DNA of 64,000 bases. Source: an uncultured Oscillospiraceae bacterium (GTDB lineage: Bacteria; Bacillota; Clostridia; Oscillospirales; Oscillospiraceae). Below, one piece after another: positions 8,877-18,120 of this stretch. The position numbers and the translations under genes are program-made. The DNA lies in contig CAKTMC010000001.1 of the NCBI GenBank assembly GCA_934573735.1, forward strand, positions 24,689 through 88,688, written 5' to 3'. The notes below the pieces were generated by a model that was given only the letters and a program-made list of their open reading frames with translations, was not told where the DNA came from and searched no databases. How positions within the stretch are numbered: the stretch's first letter is position 1; every line of letters begins with the position of its first letter.

Positions 8877-11570
8877 TTAACGAATACTGGCGTCAAATCT
8901 GTTCTCAAGTGCCGCAAGCACCTTCTTTACGGTCTCCTCGGCGTGCTCATCGGTCAGGGTCTGATCCTCGGCGCGCATGGTGAGAGAGAAGGCGACGGAC
9001 TTTTTGCCCTCGGCGATATGGTGGCCGGTGTACACGTCGAAGATGCGGCAGCCCTTGAGGTACTGTCCGCCCTCTGCCATGATGTGCTCGACCATGTCGC
9101 CCACGGGGATATCCGCAGCGCAGACGACCGCGATATCACGGGTGACCGCCGGGAAGCGCGGCAGCGGCTTATACACCGGGATGCAGCCGCGCAGAGCACG
9201 CAGCGCGTCAAAGCTCAGCTCCGCGCAGTAGAGCTCCGCGTCCACACCGTAGTTTTCGGCGACGGCGGGGTGTATCTGACCGAGCACGCCTATATAAGTC
9301 TCACCGCAGTAGACCTTGGCGCAGCGGCCGGGATGGTAAGAGGGATTTTCACGCTCGGCGGTAAAGTGCAGCTTTGTGATGCCGATGCCGCCGCAGAGCT
9401 CCTCGACCCAGCCCTTGATGCGGAAGAAGCTCATATCGGGGCCGTATGCGCCCATGGAGACTATCTTCGGCTCGTCCGCCAGCCCATCGGGACGCTTGAG
9501 GTAGATGCGGCCTATCTCGTAGAGTGCGGCGCACTTGTTGCGATAGTTATAGTTGCGGGTCAAAATCTCCAGCATGGAGGGGAGTATGGTCGTGCGCATT
9601 ATCGAGGTATCCTCGCCGAGAGGATTGAGTATGCGCAGGCTGTCGCGCATGGGCGAAAGCTCGGGCAGGCGTATCTTATCGTAATAGCTCGGGCTTATGA
9701 AGGAGTAGGTGATAATCTCGTCAAGCCCCATCGCACGGCAGAGCTCACCGACACGGCGCTCGCACTGCTGAACAGGCGTAAAGCCGCCGCAGGTGCTTAT
9801 GGCTCCGGTGAAGCGGGTGGGGATATTGTTGTAGCCGTAGAAGCGCGCTACCTCCTCGGCGATATCGGAATAATGCTCAACGTCGCCGCGCCAGGACGGG
9901 ACGTGTATCACATCGCCCTCCAGCGTAAAGCCGAGGTCAAGCAGTATCTTCTTCATGCTCTCGCTGTCGATATCGGTGCCGAGCAGAGCGTTTATCTTCT
10001 CGGGCTCAAGCAGCACGGTCTTTTCCTCGATGGGCTTGGGAACGACGTCGATAACGCCCTCGACGACCTCGCCGCAGCCGAGAAGCTCAATAAGCTCACA
10101 GGCGCGGTTGACGGCGCGCAGAGTGCCCTGCGGGTCAAGTCCCTTTTCAAAGCGAGAGGAGGCATCGGTGCGCATACCGAGTGCGGTCGCGGTGCGGCGG
10201 ACGGAGGTACCGTTAAAGTTTGCGCTCTCGAACAAAACCATGGCGGTATCGCCGACTATCTCGCTGTTCTCGCCGCCCATGACACCGGCAACGGCAACGG
10301 GCTTATCCGTGTCGCAGATGCAGAGCATGGAGGGGTTAAGCTTGCGCTCCGTGCCGTCGAGCGTGCGGATGCTCTCGCCCTCGTGCGCGGTGCGGACGTG
10401 TATCTCACGGTTGCCGACGCAGGCAAAGTCAAAGGCGTGCATGGGCTGACCGTACTCGAGCATGACATAGTTTGTGATGTCAACGATGTTGTTTATCGGG
10501 CGCATACCGGCGTTGCGGATACGCTCACGCATCCAGCGCGGGGAGGGCGCGATTTTTACGTTTCGCACCATGCGCGCGGTGTAGCGCGGGCAGAGCTCGG
10601 CATCCTCGATGATTATCTTTGCCATGTCGTTTATATTTCCCTCGGCCTCGGCCTTTACGACCGGCTCATGGAGTCTCAGCTCCTTGCCGAAGGTCGCGGC
10701 GGCCTCGCGTGCAAGACCGATGACGCAGAGGCAGTCGGGGCGGTTCGGGGTTATCTCAAATTCGACCACATGGTCGTCACGGCCGAGAATATCCGCCATA
10801 TCGTCACCGGGCTTGCAGTCCTCATCGAGAATGAGTATGCCGTCCGCGATGCAGTGCGGGAACTCTTCCTGCTTTGCGTGAAGCTCCGCAAGCGAGAGAA
10901 TTATATTCTTGTCCTTATCGTAGGCAACCAAGTCGCCCGCGTGGATGTTCTGGCAGTCTGAGACGAGATCCGCCGCCTCACCGCCGAGCTCAAGCGCCGT
11001 ATGCCAGAGTCCGTAGCCCTTATTCTGCACGTCCATGACCTTTGCCGCGATAACGCTGCCGAATATCCGGTCGCCGGGCTTGATGTCCGCGGGGATGGAG
11101 GGCTTTGCGGGGTCGATGGGGTGATAGTCGCCGAGGATGGCGGCGGGCTTAATCTCGGCATAGGGGAAGTCGTGCAGGTCGCAGCCAAGCTCCTTGAGCG
11201 AGCAGAGCATACCCTCAGACTCCACGCCGCGAAGCTTGCCGCGGGTAATCTTCGTGCCGCAGGGCAGCAGCGAATTATGCAGCGCTGCGGGCACAAGGTC
11301 GCCGCAGTGGACGTTCCATGCGCCGGTGCATATCTGGACGTTCTCCGCCGCGCCAACATCGAGCCGGGCGACGAGCATATGGTCGGAGTTTGGGTGCCTG
11401 GCAAGGGAGACTATGCGGCCTACCTTGACGTTTTTGATGCTGTCGGCGAGGTTTTCGGTCACCTCGACCTTGGAGCCGGAGACGGTCATCGCCTCGGCAA
11501 AGCGCTTGTCGTCATATTCATCAAGGCTCAGATCGACAAACTCATTGAGCCATTTTCTTGAAAGATCCAT
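8877..11570 (-). CDS. pheT: Phenylalanine--tRNA ligase beta subunit
   Basis: 897 aa with tRNA-binding, B3/B4, B5 and FDX-ACB-like regions; downstream of pheS. Confidence 0.9.
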   Translation of the reverse strand: MDLSRKWLNEFVDLSLDEYDDKRFAEAMTVSGSKVEVTENLADSIKNVKVGRIVSLARHPNSDHMLVARLDVGAAENVQICTGAWNVHCGDLVPAALHNSLLPCGTKITRGKLRGVESEGMLCSLKELGCDLHDFPYAEIKPAAILGDYHPIDPAKPSIPADIKPGDRIFGSVIAAKVMDVQNKGYGLWHTALELGGEAADLVSDCQNIHAGDLVAYDKDKNIILSLAELHAKQEEFPHCIADGILILDEDCKPGDDMADILGRDDHVVEFEITPNRPDCLCVIGLAREAAATFGKELRLHEPVVKAEAEGNINDMAKIIIEDAELCPRYTARMVRNVKIAPSPRWMRERIRNAGMRPINNIVDITNYVMLEYGQPMHAFDFACVGNREIHVRTAHEGESIRTLDGTERKLNPSMLCICDTDKPVAVAGVMGGENSEIVGDTAMVLFESANFNGTSVRRTATALGMRTDASSRFEKGLDPQGTLRAVNRACELIELLGCGEVVEGVIDVVPKPIEEKTVLLEPEKINALLGTDIDSESMKKILLDLGFTLEGDVIHVPSWRGDVEHYSDIAEEVARFYGYNNIPTRFTGAISTCGGFTPVQQCERRVGELCRAMGLDEIITYSFISPSYYDKIRLPELSPMRDSLRILNPLGEDTSIMRTTILPSMLEILTRNYNYRNKCAALYEIGRIYLKRPDGLADEPKIVSMGAYGPDMSFFRIKGWVEELCGGIGITKLHFTAERENPSYHPGRCAKVYCGETYIGVLGQIHPAVAENYGVDAELYCAELSFDALRALRGCIPVYKPLPRFPAVTRDIAVVCAADIPVGDMVEHIMAEGGQYLKGCRIFDVYTGHHIAEGKKSVAFSLTMRAEDQTLTDEHAEETVKKVLAALENRFDASIR

Positions 11571-11600
11571 AATGCTCTCCTATCAAATATTTCTCGCTTA

Positions 11601-12626
11601 TCAGAACTGTTCGAGGAAGCGCACGTCGTTCTCGAATATCAGGCGGAGGTCGGTTATCTTATATTCGCCCATCGCCAGGCGCTCAAGTCCCATGCCGAAG
11701 GCCCAGCCGGAATAGACGTCCGGGTCAATGCCGCAGCCGGCAAGCACCTTGGGATGCACCATGCCCGCGCCGAGAACCTCTATCCAGCCCTCGCCCTTGC
11801 AGGTCGGGCAGCCCTTGCCGCCGCACTTGTGGCACTGGATATCAAGCTCACAGCTCGGCTCGGTGAAGGGGAAGTGATGCGGGCGGAAGCGGGTAACGGT
11901 GCCCTCACCGTATATCTTCTCGACCACGAGGTTCAGCGTCGCCTTGAGGTCTGCCATGGTAACGCCCTTGTCGATGACCATGCCCTCTATCTGATGGAAC
12001 ATCGGGGAGTGCGTGGCATCGACCTCGTCCTTACGGTAAACGCGGCCGGGGGCGACAATGCGGATGGGCAGCGGGCGCGTCTCCATGGCGTGTATCTGCA
12101 TGGGAGAGGTCTGCGTGCGAAGCAGAATACTGCTGTCGTCGGTGAAATAGAAGGTGTCCGTCCACTCGCGGGAGGGATGACCCTCGTCGATGTTGAGCTT
12201 TGTAAAGTTATACTCGGCCTTTTCGACCTCCGGTCCGTCGATTATCTCAAAGCCCATGCCGATAAATATATCCTTTATCTGGTCAAGGACGTTGTACATC
12301 GGGTGCTTATGGCCGAGATTGCCGACCTCGCCCGGCAGCGTCACGTCCACGGTCTCGCGCTCAAGCTTCAGCTCCATGAGCCTTGCGCCGAGCTCTGCCT
12401 TGCGCTGCTCGATGGCGGCCTCAATGTCGCCTCGAAGCTGGTTCGCGAGCTGACCCATGACGGGGCGCTCCTCGGCGGAGAGCTTGCCCATCTGACGGAG
12501 TATGTCGGTAAGCTCGCCCTTCTTGCCGAGATACCTGACGCGCAGGCTCTCCAAAAGCTCTACGTCGTCGGCCTCAAGAATGGCCTTGATGGAACTGTCT
12601 CTAAGTCCCTGCATTAACTCTTTCAT
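11601..12626 (-). CDS. pheS: Phenylalanine--tRNA ligase alpha subunit
   Basis: Class II aaRS motifs (FRPHHFPFTEPS, GMGLERLAM). The ORF extends to 12776, but that extra part is the T-box leader. Start at MKELMQ with an upstream RBS. Confidence 0.9.
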   Translation of the reverse strand: MKELMQGLRDSSIKAILEADDVELLESLRVRYLGKKGELTDILRQMGKLSAEERPVMGQLANQLRGDIEAAIEQRKAELGARLMELKLERETVDVTLPGEVGNLGHKHPMYNVLDQIKDIFIGMGFEIIDGPEVEKAEYNFTKLNIDEGHPSREWTDTFYFTDDSSILLRTQTSPMQIHAMETRPLPIRIVAPGRVYRKDEVDATHSPMFHQIEGMVIDKGVTMADLKATLNLVVEKIYGEGTVTRFRPHHFPFTEPSCELDIQCHKCGGKGCPTCKGEGWIEVLGAGMVHPKVLAGCGIDPDVYSGWAFGMGLERLAMGEYKITDLRLIFENDVRFLEQF

Positions 12627-12654
12627 TCCGATTCTCCTTGAATAATACTTGAAA

Positions 12655-12960
12655 TAGCTTAAAACAAAGCAAAAAAATATGCCTCCGTCCCAACAGGGAC
12701 GAAAGCATGGCTTCCGCGGTACCACCCATGTTCGGCGCGCTGCGCCGCACTCAAGGAGCAGTAACGCGCTCCACACGCCGGGGATTGGCCGGTGCTCCGG
12801 GGCGAACCAAGCGCCCGCACCGCAGGAGGCTCACAGCCGCTGACCTCCACTCTCTGCACGATGCTTCCGGCACTATCTTCCCGTTCACAGCAAGTACAGA
12901 TAGAATAGCACATATTTTCCCGATTATCAAGAGCAAACGCGAAGTTTTTGCCGAAGGGCA
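12655..12960 (-). ncRNA. T-box riboswitch leader of pheST (Phe specifier expected)
   Basis: Minus-strand sequence AACATGGGTGGTACCGCGGAAGCC (canonical T-box GGGUGGUACCGCG) is followed by terminator hairpin CGTCCCTGTTGGGACG plus a U7 tract. Upstream AGAGAG (GA/K-turn) element. A TTGATA-N17-TATTCT promoter lies near 12930-12960. Confidence 0.85.
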
Positions 12961-12997
12961 ATTTATAATACTAAATATTAGTTTAATATTCTATCGC

Positions 12998-13026
12998 TTG
13001 ACAATGCACTGCGTATAGGCTATAAT
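12998..13026 (+). promoter_or_regulatory. Consensus sigma-A promoter (TTGACA-N17-TATAAT) of the MarR operon, preceded by an AT palindrome ACTAAATATTAGT
   Basis: Exact -35 and -10 hexamers with 17-bp spacing; the near-palindrome at 12969-12990 is a plausible MarR operator. Confidence 0.7.
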
Positions 13027-13067
13027 CCAGAACTGTTCTAAAACGAACGATGCAAGGAGCGGCGGAT

Positions 13068-13502
13068 ATGTTTTTCTGGGATCAGCACAAGACAATTACG
13101 AGCTGTTATGAAATGCTCACAAAATCCGTATGTGACGGATATCAGCTAACGCAAATGGAATATGACATACTCATGTTCCTGCACAATAACCCGCAGCACA
13201 ACACCGCGGCAGACATAGTCAGAATTCGCAAATCGACAAAGTCCCATGTCTCGACCTCGCTGAAATCGCTGGAGAACCGGGGGCTGATTGAAAGGCTGCA
13301 AAGTGCGGATAATAAAAAGCATATTGAAATAAGGCTGCTTGATGCGGCGGAGCCTATCATAGAGGCCGGGATAAAGACCCAAAAGGAGTTTGCAAAGCAT
13401 ATTCTGACCGGACTCAGCGACGAGGAAAAGCGCATTTGCAAGGATGTATTCACCAAAATCTGCATTAACGCGGATGAGTATTTAAAAAGAAATACGGAGT
13501 GA
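13068..13502 (+). CDS. MarR-family transcriptional regulator
   Basis: Winged-helix block (TAADIVRIRKSTKSHVSTSLKSLENRGLIER). AAGGAG RBS 8 nt before the ATG at 13068; the ORF-track start at 13050 lies upstream of the RBS. Confidence 0.8.
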   Translation: MFFWDQHKTITSCYEMLTKSVCDGYQLTQMEYDILMFLHNNPQHNTAADIVRIRKSTKSHVSTSLKSLENRGLIERLQSADNKKHIEIRLLDAAEPIIEAGIKTQKEFAKHILTGLSDEEKRICKDVFTKICINADEYLKRNTE

Positions 13503-13506
13503 AACA

Positions 13507-13950
13507 ATGAAGAACATTTTTTATGTAAAGAAACGAACTCTGCTGCTTATCGCCGGCATAGTATGGCTGCTCGCGGGCTTTAACGTTGCAAGACTCGGCG
13601 TGCTGTCGTATCTCTCCATCGACCGGAAGTGGTATCTGTACCTAATGACCATCGTTGTCGTTTGTATGTTCGGCTCGATGTTTTACAAGATGAGCAAGAA
13701 GCACACCAAGAGAATAATGGGCTATGAAAGTCACCGTCCCTTCTGGCACTTCTTCGATTTGAAGGCGTATTTAATCATGGCCTTTATGATGAGCACGGGT
13801 ATAGGCTTCAGAGCGCTCGGCATATTCCCCGACAAGTTCGTTGCATTTTTCTATTCAGGAGTCGGCTGCGCGCTGGCCTTGGCCGGTGTGCTGTTCACTA
13901 AAAATTATATTTGTTACCGGCAGTTAGTTGAAAAGAAGCAAGCAGCATGA
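13507..13950 (+). CDS. Hypothetical 4-TM membrane protein
   Basis: 147 aa, four hydrophobic spans; begins 4 bp after marR-like stop. Confidence 0.5.
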   Translation: MKNIFYVKKRTLLLIAGIVWLLAGFNVARLGVLSYLSIDRKWYLYLMTIVVVCMFGSMFYKMSKKHTKRIMGYESHRPFWHFFDLKAYLIMAFMMSTGIGFRALGIFPDKFVAFFYSGVGCALALAGVLFTKNYICYRQLVEKKQAA

Positions 13951-14144
13951 AACAGGAAGGCTTTAACACCTACGACTACCACATGACCAGAATGGTCGCC
14001 GCCATCATCATTTCCTTCGGCTGCTACCTTCCCGTCACCCTGCTCAGCAAGAAAATGCCGAAGGTCGGTCTGCTGATGATACCCAAGACCTGCGCATATA
14101 TCTGGGTCATTGTCATGGGTCTTCAGCTTCTCTTCCGCGCCTGA
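13947..14144 (+). CDS. Small 2-TM membrane protein
   Basis: 65 aa; ATGA overlap with the preceding gene and an in-operon position support it being real. Confidence 0.4.
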   Translation: MKQEGFNTYDYHMTRMVAAIIISFGCYLPVTLLSKKMPKVGLLMIPKTCAYIWVIVMGLQLLFRA

Positions 14145-14160
14145 TTTGTGAGGTATCGTT

Positions 14161-14664
14161 ATGAGCGCTGAGAGATATTCTATAGTATTCAGCAGCGTCA
14201 CCGGCAACACAAGGCAGCTTGCCGAGGCGATACGCGAGAGCTTGCCGGAGACGGGCTGTGATTATTTCGGACTGTGCTCTGCGGAGGCTCTCAAGTCCGA
14301 AATGCTCTATGTCGGCTTTTGGACGGACAAGGGCAACGCCGATGAAGCAAGCCAAGCACTGCTGAAAACGCTGAAAAGCAAGAAAATCTTTCTCTTCGGC
14401 ACGGCGGGCTTCGGCATCAGTGAGGCCTATTTCAGAAGGGTTCTCGACAATGTCAGGCTCTCCATTGACGAGAGCAACAGTATAGTCGGCGAGTATATGT
14501 GTCAGGGCAGAATGCCGCAGTCGGTGCGGGAGCGCTATGTGGCATTGAAGGCTCAGCCGCAGCACCCGGTAAACATTGACGCGCTGATAGAAAACTTTGA
14601 CCTCGCCCTGCCGCATCCCGACGCGGCGGATCTGGACAAGCTGAAAAAGCTCGTTCAGGAATAA
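14161..14664 (+). CDS. Flavodoxin-family protein
   Basis: N-terminal FMN-phosphate loop SSVTGNT, 167 aa. Confidence 0.75.
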   Translation: MSAERYSIVFSSVTGNTRQLAEAIRESLPETGCDYFGLCSAEALKSEMLYVGFWTDKGNADEASQALLKTLKSKKIFLFGTAGFGISEAYFRRVLDNVRLSIDESNSIVGEYMCQGRMPQSVRERYVALKAQPQHPVNIDALIENFDLALPHPDAADLDKLKKLVQE

Positions 14665-14755
14665 AGCCTACTTATTTAATATATAATAAAACAAGCCTTG
14701 GGGCAGTTCTCCTAAAGGAAAGCTGCTCCAAGGCTTTTGTAATCCGCGTCGGCGC

Positions 14756-15148
14756 TTATCTGCTCTCGGCACGGGAATCGTTTTCGTATATGATTTCCAG
14801 ATCGCCGTCTACAAAGCCCATGGCAACCGCTCTCTTCGCCTTCAGTGTATCCGCAAATTTGCCCTCATCAAGATAGTGTCGCACAAGCTCGGCGCAGCTT
14901 TCGAGGCAGACTTCCCAGTCCTCAGCCCTCAGGAAGAAAATATCCTCTCCGGAGCTAAACACCTCATCGCAGGCCCAGTCCTCGTCCTCCTCGTCAAAGC
15001 TTGCCGTTCCCACGACCTGAACGTGAAAAAGCTGCTCCTCGTCTGCTTCATAGAGGTTGAAGTTGATTGCGGTAAGCTCACTCAGCGGAGCGGTCTCCAG
15101 ATTAGCATCTAACCACTGCCCAAATTCCTTCTGCACGTTTTCCATAGT
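14756..15148 (-). CDS. Hypothetical acidic cytoplasmic protein (immunity-protein-like)
   Basis: ~130 aa from MENVQKEF, very acidic (DEEDEDW), no TM. Lies in a low-GC islet. Confidence 0.4.
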   Translation of the reverse strand, partial: TMENVQKEFGQWLDANLETAPLSELTAINFNLYEADEEQLFHVQVVGTASFDEEDEDWACDEVFSSGEDIFFLRAEDWEVCLESCAELVRHYLDEGKFADTLKAKRAVAMGFVDGDLEIIYENDSRAESR

Positions 15149-15158
15149 ATTCTCCTTT

Positions 15159-15614
15159 TCATGCCCAACGCCTTGCCAGCAGCCACAATAGAACAACGGA
15201 GGCGGCAAAGAGTATATAAAGCGAGATTATTCGCCAGTCTCTCAAGAAGGACATCAGCGCACCGTCAAGACAGCTCAAAGCTGCGAGAAAGGTGATGAAA
15301 AGGCTCACTATCAGCAAAAGCCCGAACAGTCCGCATACCCCGCCAAAAATCAAGCCTCTGCGCGATTCTGTATCTCCGCTGATGAACAAAACCACGAACA
15401 CGAGCAGCCCAATTATCGCCGTAAAAAGAAGCCTTATGCAGGAGGCGAGCGCATCTGAGCTTTTAAGAATATCAATAAGCTGTGAAAAAGACTCGCCCCT
15501 TTGCATATTCACCATGGTGCCATAGGCGTCACTGATAATGCCCCATATCATAGCCATACTCGGGAGGCAAAAAACTGCACATATAAGCCCATATATGCGA
15601 TACTTTTTCTTCAT
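15159..15614 (-). CDS. Hypothetical 4-TM membrane protein
   Basis: Start taken at MKKKYRIYG; four hydrophobic helices; 11-bp gap to the downstream gene. Confidence 0.45.
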   Translation of the reverse strand: MKKKYRIYGLICAVFCLPSMAMIWGIISDAYGTMVNMQRGESFSQLIDILKSSDALASCIRLLFTAIIGLLVFVVLFISGDTESRRGLIFGGVCGLFGLLLIVSLFITFLAALSCLDGALMSFLRDWRIISLYILFAASVVLLWLLARRWA

Positions 15615-15760
15615 ACTCTGCTCCTTTTCACAGTCCGTGTCCGGCAAAAGAGCAGGCTCTTATTTCCGGGTACTCGATTATCCGGTATTCTGTTTTTCCC
15701 CGCGACCTTTTCTTGGAGATGCGAAGCATCATGGTAATATACCTCCTATAGGTGCGGCCT

Positions 15761-16579
15761 TTAGAGCCATGCTTTGAAATTATCTATCATATACTCCTCG
15801 AACTGCTTCCATCTCACGAGCCATGGCTCTAAGTTTTCTTTATCTACTCGCCTTACATCGCCAATATTCCCCAGATAGCTCAACTTCTTTTCAGGTATAT
15901 CTCTTTTGGATGTGATAAGCAGAGCTAATAAATACAGCTTTTTCATGGATGGAGCTCGCTTATAGGCTATAGGGCTAAAGAATTGCGGAATATAGTCAGC
16001 GCCGCTCAGTGAGCCGATGTCCGATATAGCACTATCAAGCTTTTTATAAACATAAACTACCGGTACAAGGTGTCCCTGATGGCTTCTGTATTCTTCTGCT
16101 TTTACGAAATAAACATATTTTTGATAAAAATCCATTTCCTTGGCATATTCGCCATTGAATTGGTATGCAAAAACGTCTCCGGTTTTCCATTCACACTTAT
16201 AAATGCGGCGCTGTGTGATTTTCTTTTCAGGCGGCTGCGGTGAATTTAGCTTTTGCCGTAATAGATTTAATACTTTTTCTCTTTCAGCCGCAAGCTCGGG
16301 ATTTTCCTCTTGCCAAAGCGCTAAGTCTCCGCCCTTGTCAAGCCACGCAAGAGCCTGCTCCTTTACCTCCGGCAATAAGCGCCCTAACTCCCACTGAGTA
16401 TCCGCCAAGGCAAACCAGAAAGCCGGGGCGCAGTCGATGTCGTCAAGCTCGGAGGAATACTCGTCAATTAACTCATTTGTGATTTCACGGACGGTTTTCC
16501 CTTTTTGCAGCTCATCGAGTCGGTTCTTAATATCAAGCGCTATATCGTCTTCATATAGCCTTACTCCCCAAGCACCCAT
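15761..16579 (-). CDS. DUF4259-like N-terminal domain protein with uncharacterised C-terminal extension
   Basis: Start MGAWGVRLYEDDIALD (the MGAWG opening is typical of DUF4259) with AAGGAG RBS 8 nt upstream; ~150 aa Tyr/Lys-rich C-terminal extension. Confidence 0.45.
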   Translation of the reverse strand: MGAWGVRLYEDDIALDIKNRLDELQKGKTVREITNELIDEYSSELDDIDCAPAFWFALADTQWELGRLLPEVKEQALAWLDKGGDLALWQEENPELAAEREKVLNLLRQKLNSPQPPEKKITQRRIYKCEWKTGDVFAYQFNGEYAKEMDFYQKYVYFVKAEEYRSHQGHLVPVVYVYKKLDSAISDIGSLSGADYIPQFFSPIAYKRAPSMKKLYLLALLITSKRDIPEKKLSYLGNIGDVRRVDKENLEPWLVRWKQFEEYMIDNFKAWL

Positions 16580-16744
16580 GTTCTCATCTCCTTGATTTGC
16601 ATTCCGTTGCTTTTCGTGCAAAGTAAATCAGTCTTTTTATATTATACTATTATACTGATTTCAAACACAGAAGGCAATAGTTCCCGCGTGAAATGACATA
16701 AATCATGCAGAAATGGAGCGTCTCAGGCGCTTTGGCAGAAACGG

Positions 16745-16786
16745 ATATGAAGTCTGCGACAGCTCCGCAGACTTCATATTTTTTAA
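16745..16786 (+). terminator. Strong rho-independent terminator (14-bp perfect stem, T6 tail), plus-strand orientation
   Basis: ATATGAAGTCTGCG-ACAGCTC-CGCAGACTTCATAT-TTTTTT. No plus-strand gene lies upstream of it. Confidence 0.7.
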
Positions 16787-16798
16787 GAATTTAGCCGC

Positions 16799-16827
16799 TT
16801 GACAATTAAATATCGGCTTGGTACACT
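16799..16827 (+). promoter_or_regulatory. Promoter TTGACA-N17-TACACT of the ytrA-like operon, with downstream dyad CTGTAT...TACAG as candidate GntR operator
   Basis: Consensus -35 with a good -10. Inverted repeat CTGTATCAACACTTATAGTACAG overlaps the TSS region. Confidence 0.55.
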
Positions 16828-16873
16828 AACTGTATCAACACTTATAGTACAGCTAACACAAGGAGGGGCGTTC

Positions 16874-17230
16874 ATGATAAGCATAAACTACCGAGACTCA
16901 AGGCCGATATATGAGCAGGTGAAGGACAGCTTCCGCCAGCTTATCATCAGCGGCGCACTCCCGGCGGACAGCAAAATGCCCTCGGTGCGTGAGCTTGCCG
17001 CCGGACTTACGATAAACCCCAACACGATACAGCGCGCCTACCGTGAGTTGGAGGCGGAGGGCTATATATGCTCCGTGCCCGGGCGCGGCAGCTTTGTCTG
17101 TCAGCGTGACGCGGCGCTGGATGCGCGCAGGGCAGAGCTTTTGTCGCGCTTTGACGAGCTTGTTTCGGAGCTTGAGCTTGTCGGCGTGGAGCGCGGCACG
17201 CTGGCGGAAAGACTGGAGGAGCGCAAATGA
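16874..17230 (+). CDS. GntR-family (YtrA-like) transcriptional repressor
   Basis: 118 aa from MISINYRD after an AGGAGG RBS. HTH block SVRELAAGLTINPNTIQRAYRELE; short C-terminus typical of the YtrA subfamily. Confidence 0.8.
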   Translation: MISINYRDSRPIYEQVKDSFRQLIISGALPADSKMPSVRELAAGLTINPNTIQRAYRELEAEGYICSVPGRGSFVCQRDAALDARRAELLSRFDELVSELELVGVERGTLAERLEERK

Positions 17231-18120
17231 TAGAGATACGAGGTCTTGTCAAGAGCTATGGGAGCTTTCGCGCGCTGGACGGGCTTGACGCAACGGTGCC
17301 GAAGGGCGCAGTCTACGGGCTTGTCGGGCCGAACGGCGCAGGCAAATCGACGCTGATACGCCATCTTGCGGGCATTTACCGGCAGGACGCGGGCGAGCTG
17401 CTTATAGACAGTGAGCCGGTGTATGAAAATCCCGCCGTAAAAGGCCGCATTGCCTACATACCCGACGATGTGTTTTACTTCGGTCAGGCCGGTGTCGGTG
17501 ATATGATGCGCTTTTACCGCGATATGTACCGCAGCTTTGATAAGCAGCGCTTTGACACGCTCGGCGAGCTTTTCCATATCGACCCCAAGCTCCCGATACG
17601 CCGACTTTCCAAGGGTATGCAAAAGCAGGCGGCCTTCTGGCTTGCGCTGTCTATACGACCGGAAATACTTATTCTTGACGAGCCGGTGGACGGGCTTGAC
17701 CCGGTCATGCGCCGTCAGGTCTGGCGTGAGCTGCTGCACGATGTAAGCGAAAACGGCACTACCGTGCTTGTCTCCTCGCACAATCTACGTGAGCTTGAGG
17801 ACGTGTGTGACCGCGTCGGCATTATGAATAAGGGGCGTATGCTGCTTGAAAAGAGCCTGTCTGAGCTGCAGGACGAGCTTGTCAAGGTGCAGCTTGCCTT
17901 TGCCGACGGCGGAGAGCTTCCCGAGGGGCTTGAGATACTGCACAGCTCCTCGATGGGCAGGCTTCGTCAGCTTATTCTGCGCGGGGACGCAGAGGAGATA
18001 CGCTCTCGCCTTGAGGCGGCAAAGCCGCTCTTTGTCGATACCGTACCGCTGACGCTTGAGGAAATATTTATCTATGAGCTGGGAGGGGCTGAGGATGAGA
18101 TCAAGGATATCGTGCTTTGA
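17227..18120 (+). CDS. ABC transporter ATP-binding protein
   Basis: Walker A GPNGAGKST, LSKGMQ signature, Walker B ILILDEP; ATGA overlap with the gntR-like gene. Confidence 0.85.
   Translation: MIEIRGLVKSYGSFRALDGLDATVPKGAVYGLVGPNGAGKSTLIRHLAGIYRQDAGELLIDSEPVYENPAVKGRIAYIPDDVFYFGQAGVGDMMRFYRDMYRSFDKQRFDTLGELFHIDPKLPIRRLSKGMQKQAAFWLALSIRPEILILDEPVDGLDPVMRRQVWRELLHDVSENGTTVLVSSHNLRELEDVCDRVGIMNKGRMLLEKSLSELQDELVKVQLAFADGGELPEGLEILHSSSMGRLRQLILRGDAEEIRSRLEAAKPLFVDTVPLTLEEIFIYELGGAEDEIKDIVL

Noticed and set aside
8943-10961. 672-aa plus-strand ORF inside pheT
   Set aside because: Antisense shadow; no start context; Ala/Gly-rich.
16704-16726. Possible third partial copy of the dispersed repeat (AGAAATGGAGCGT)
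   Set aside because: Only about 13-16 nt of similarity and no flanking modules; may be chance. Recorded as a note under the orphan-terminator finding.
17043-17781. Overlapping minus-strand ORFs (81 aa and 226 aa) across the gntR/ABC ATPase genes
   Set aside because: Opposite-strand shadows of the ytrA-like operon with no independent support.
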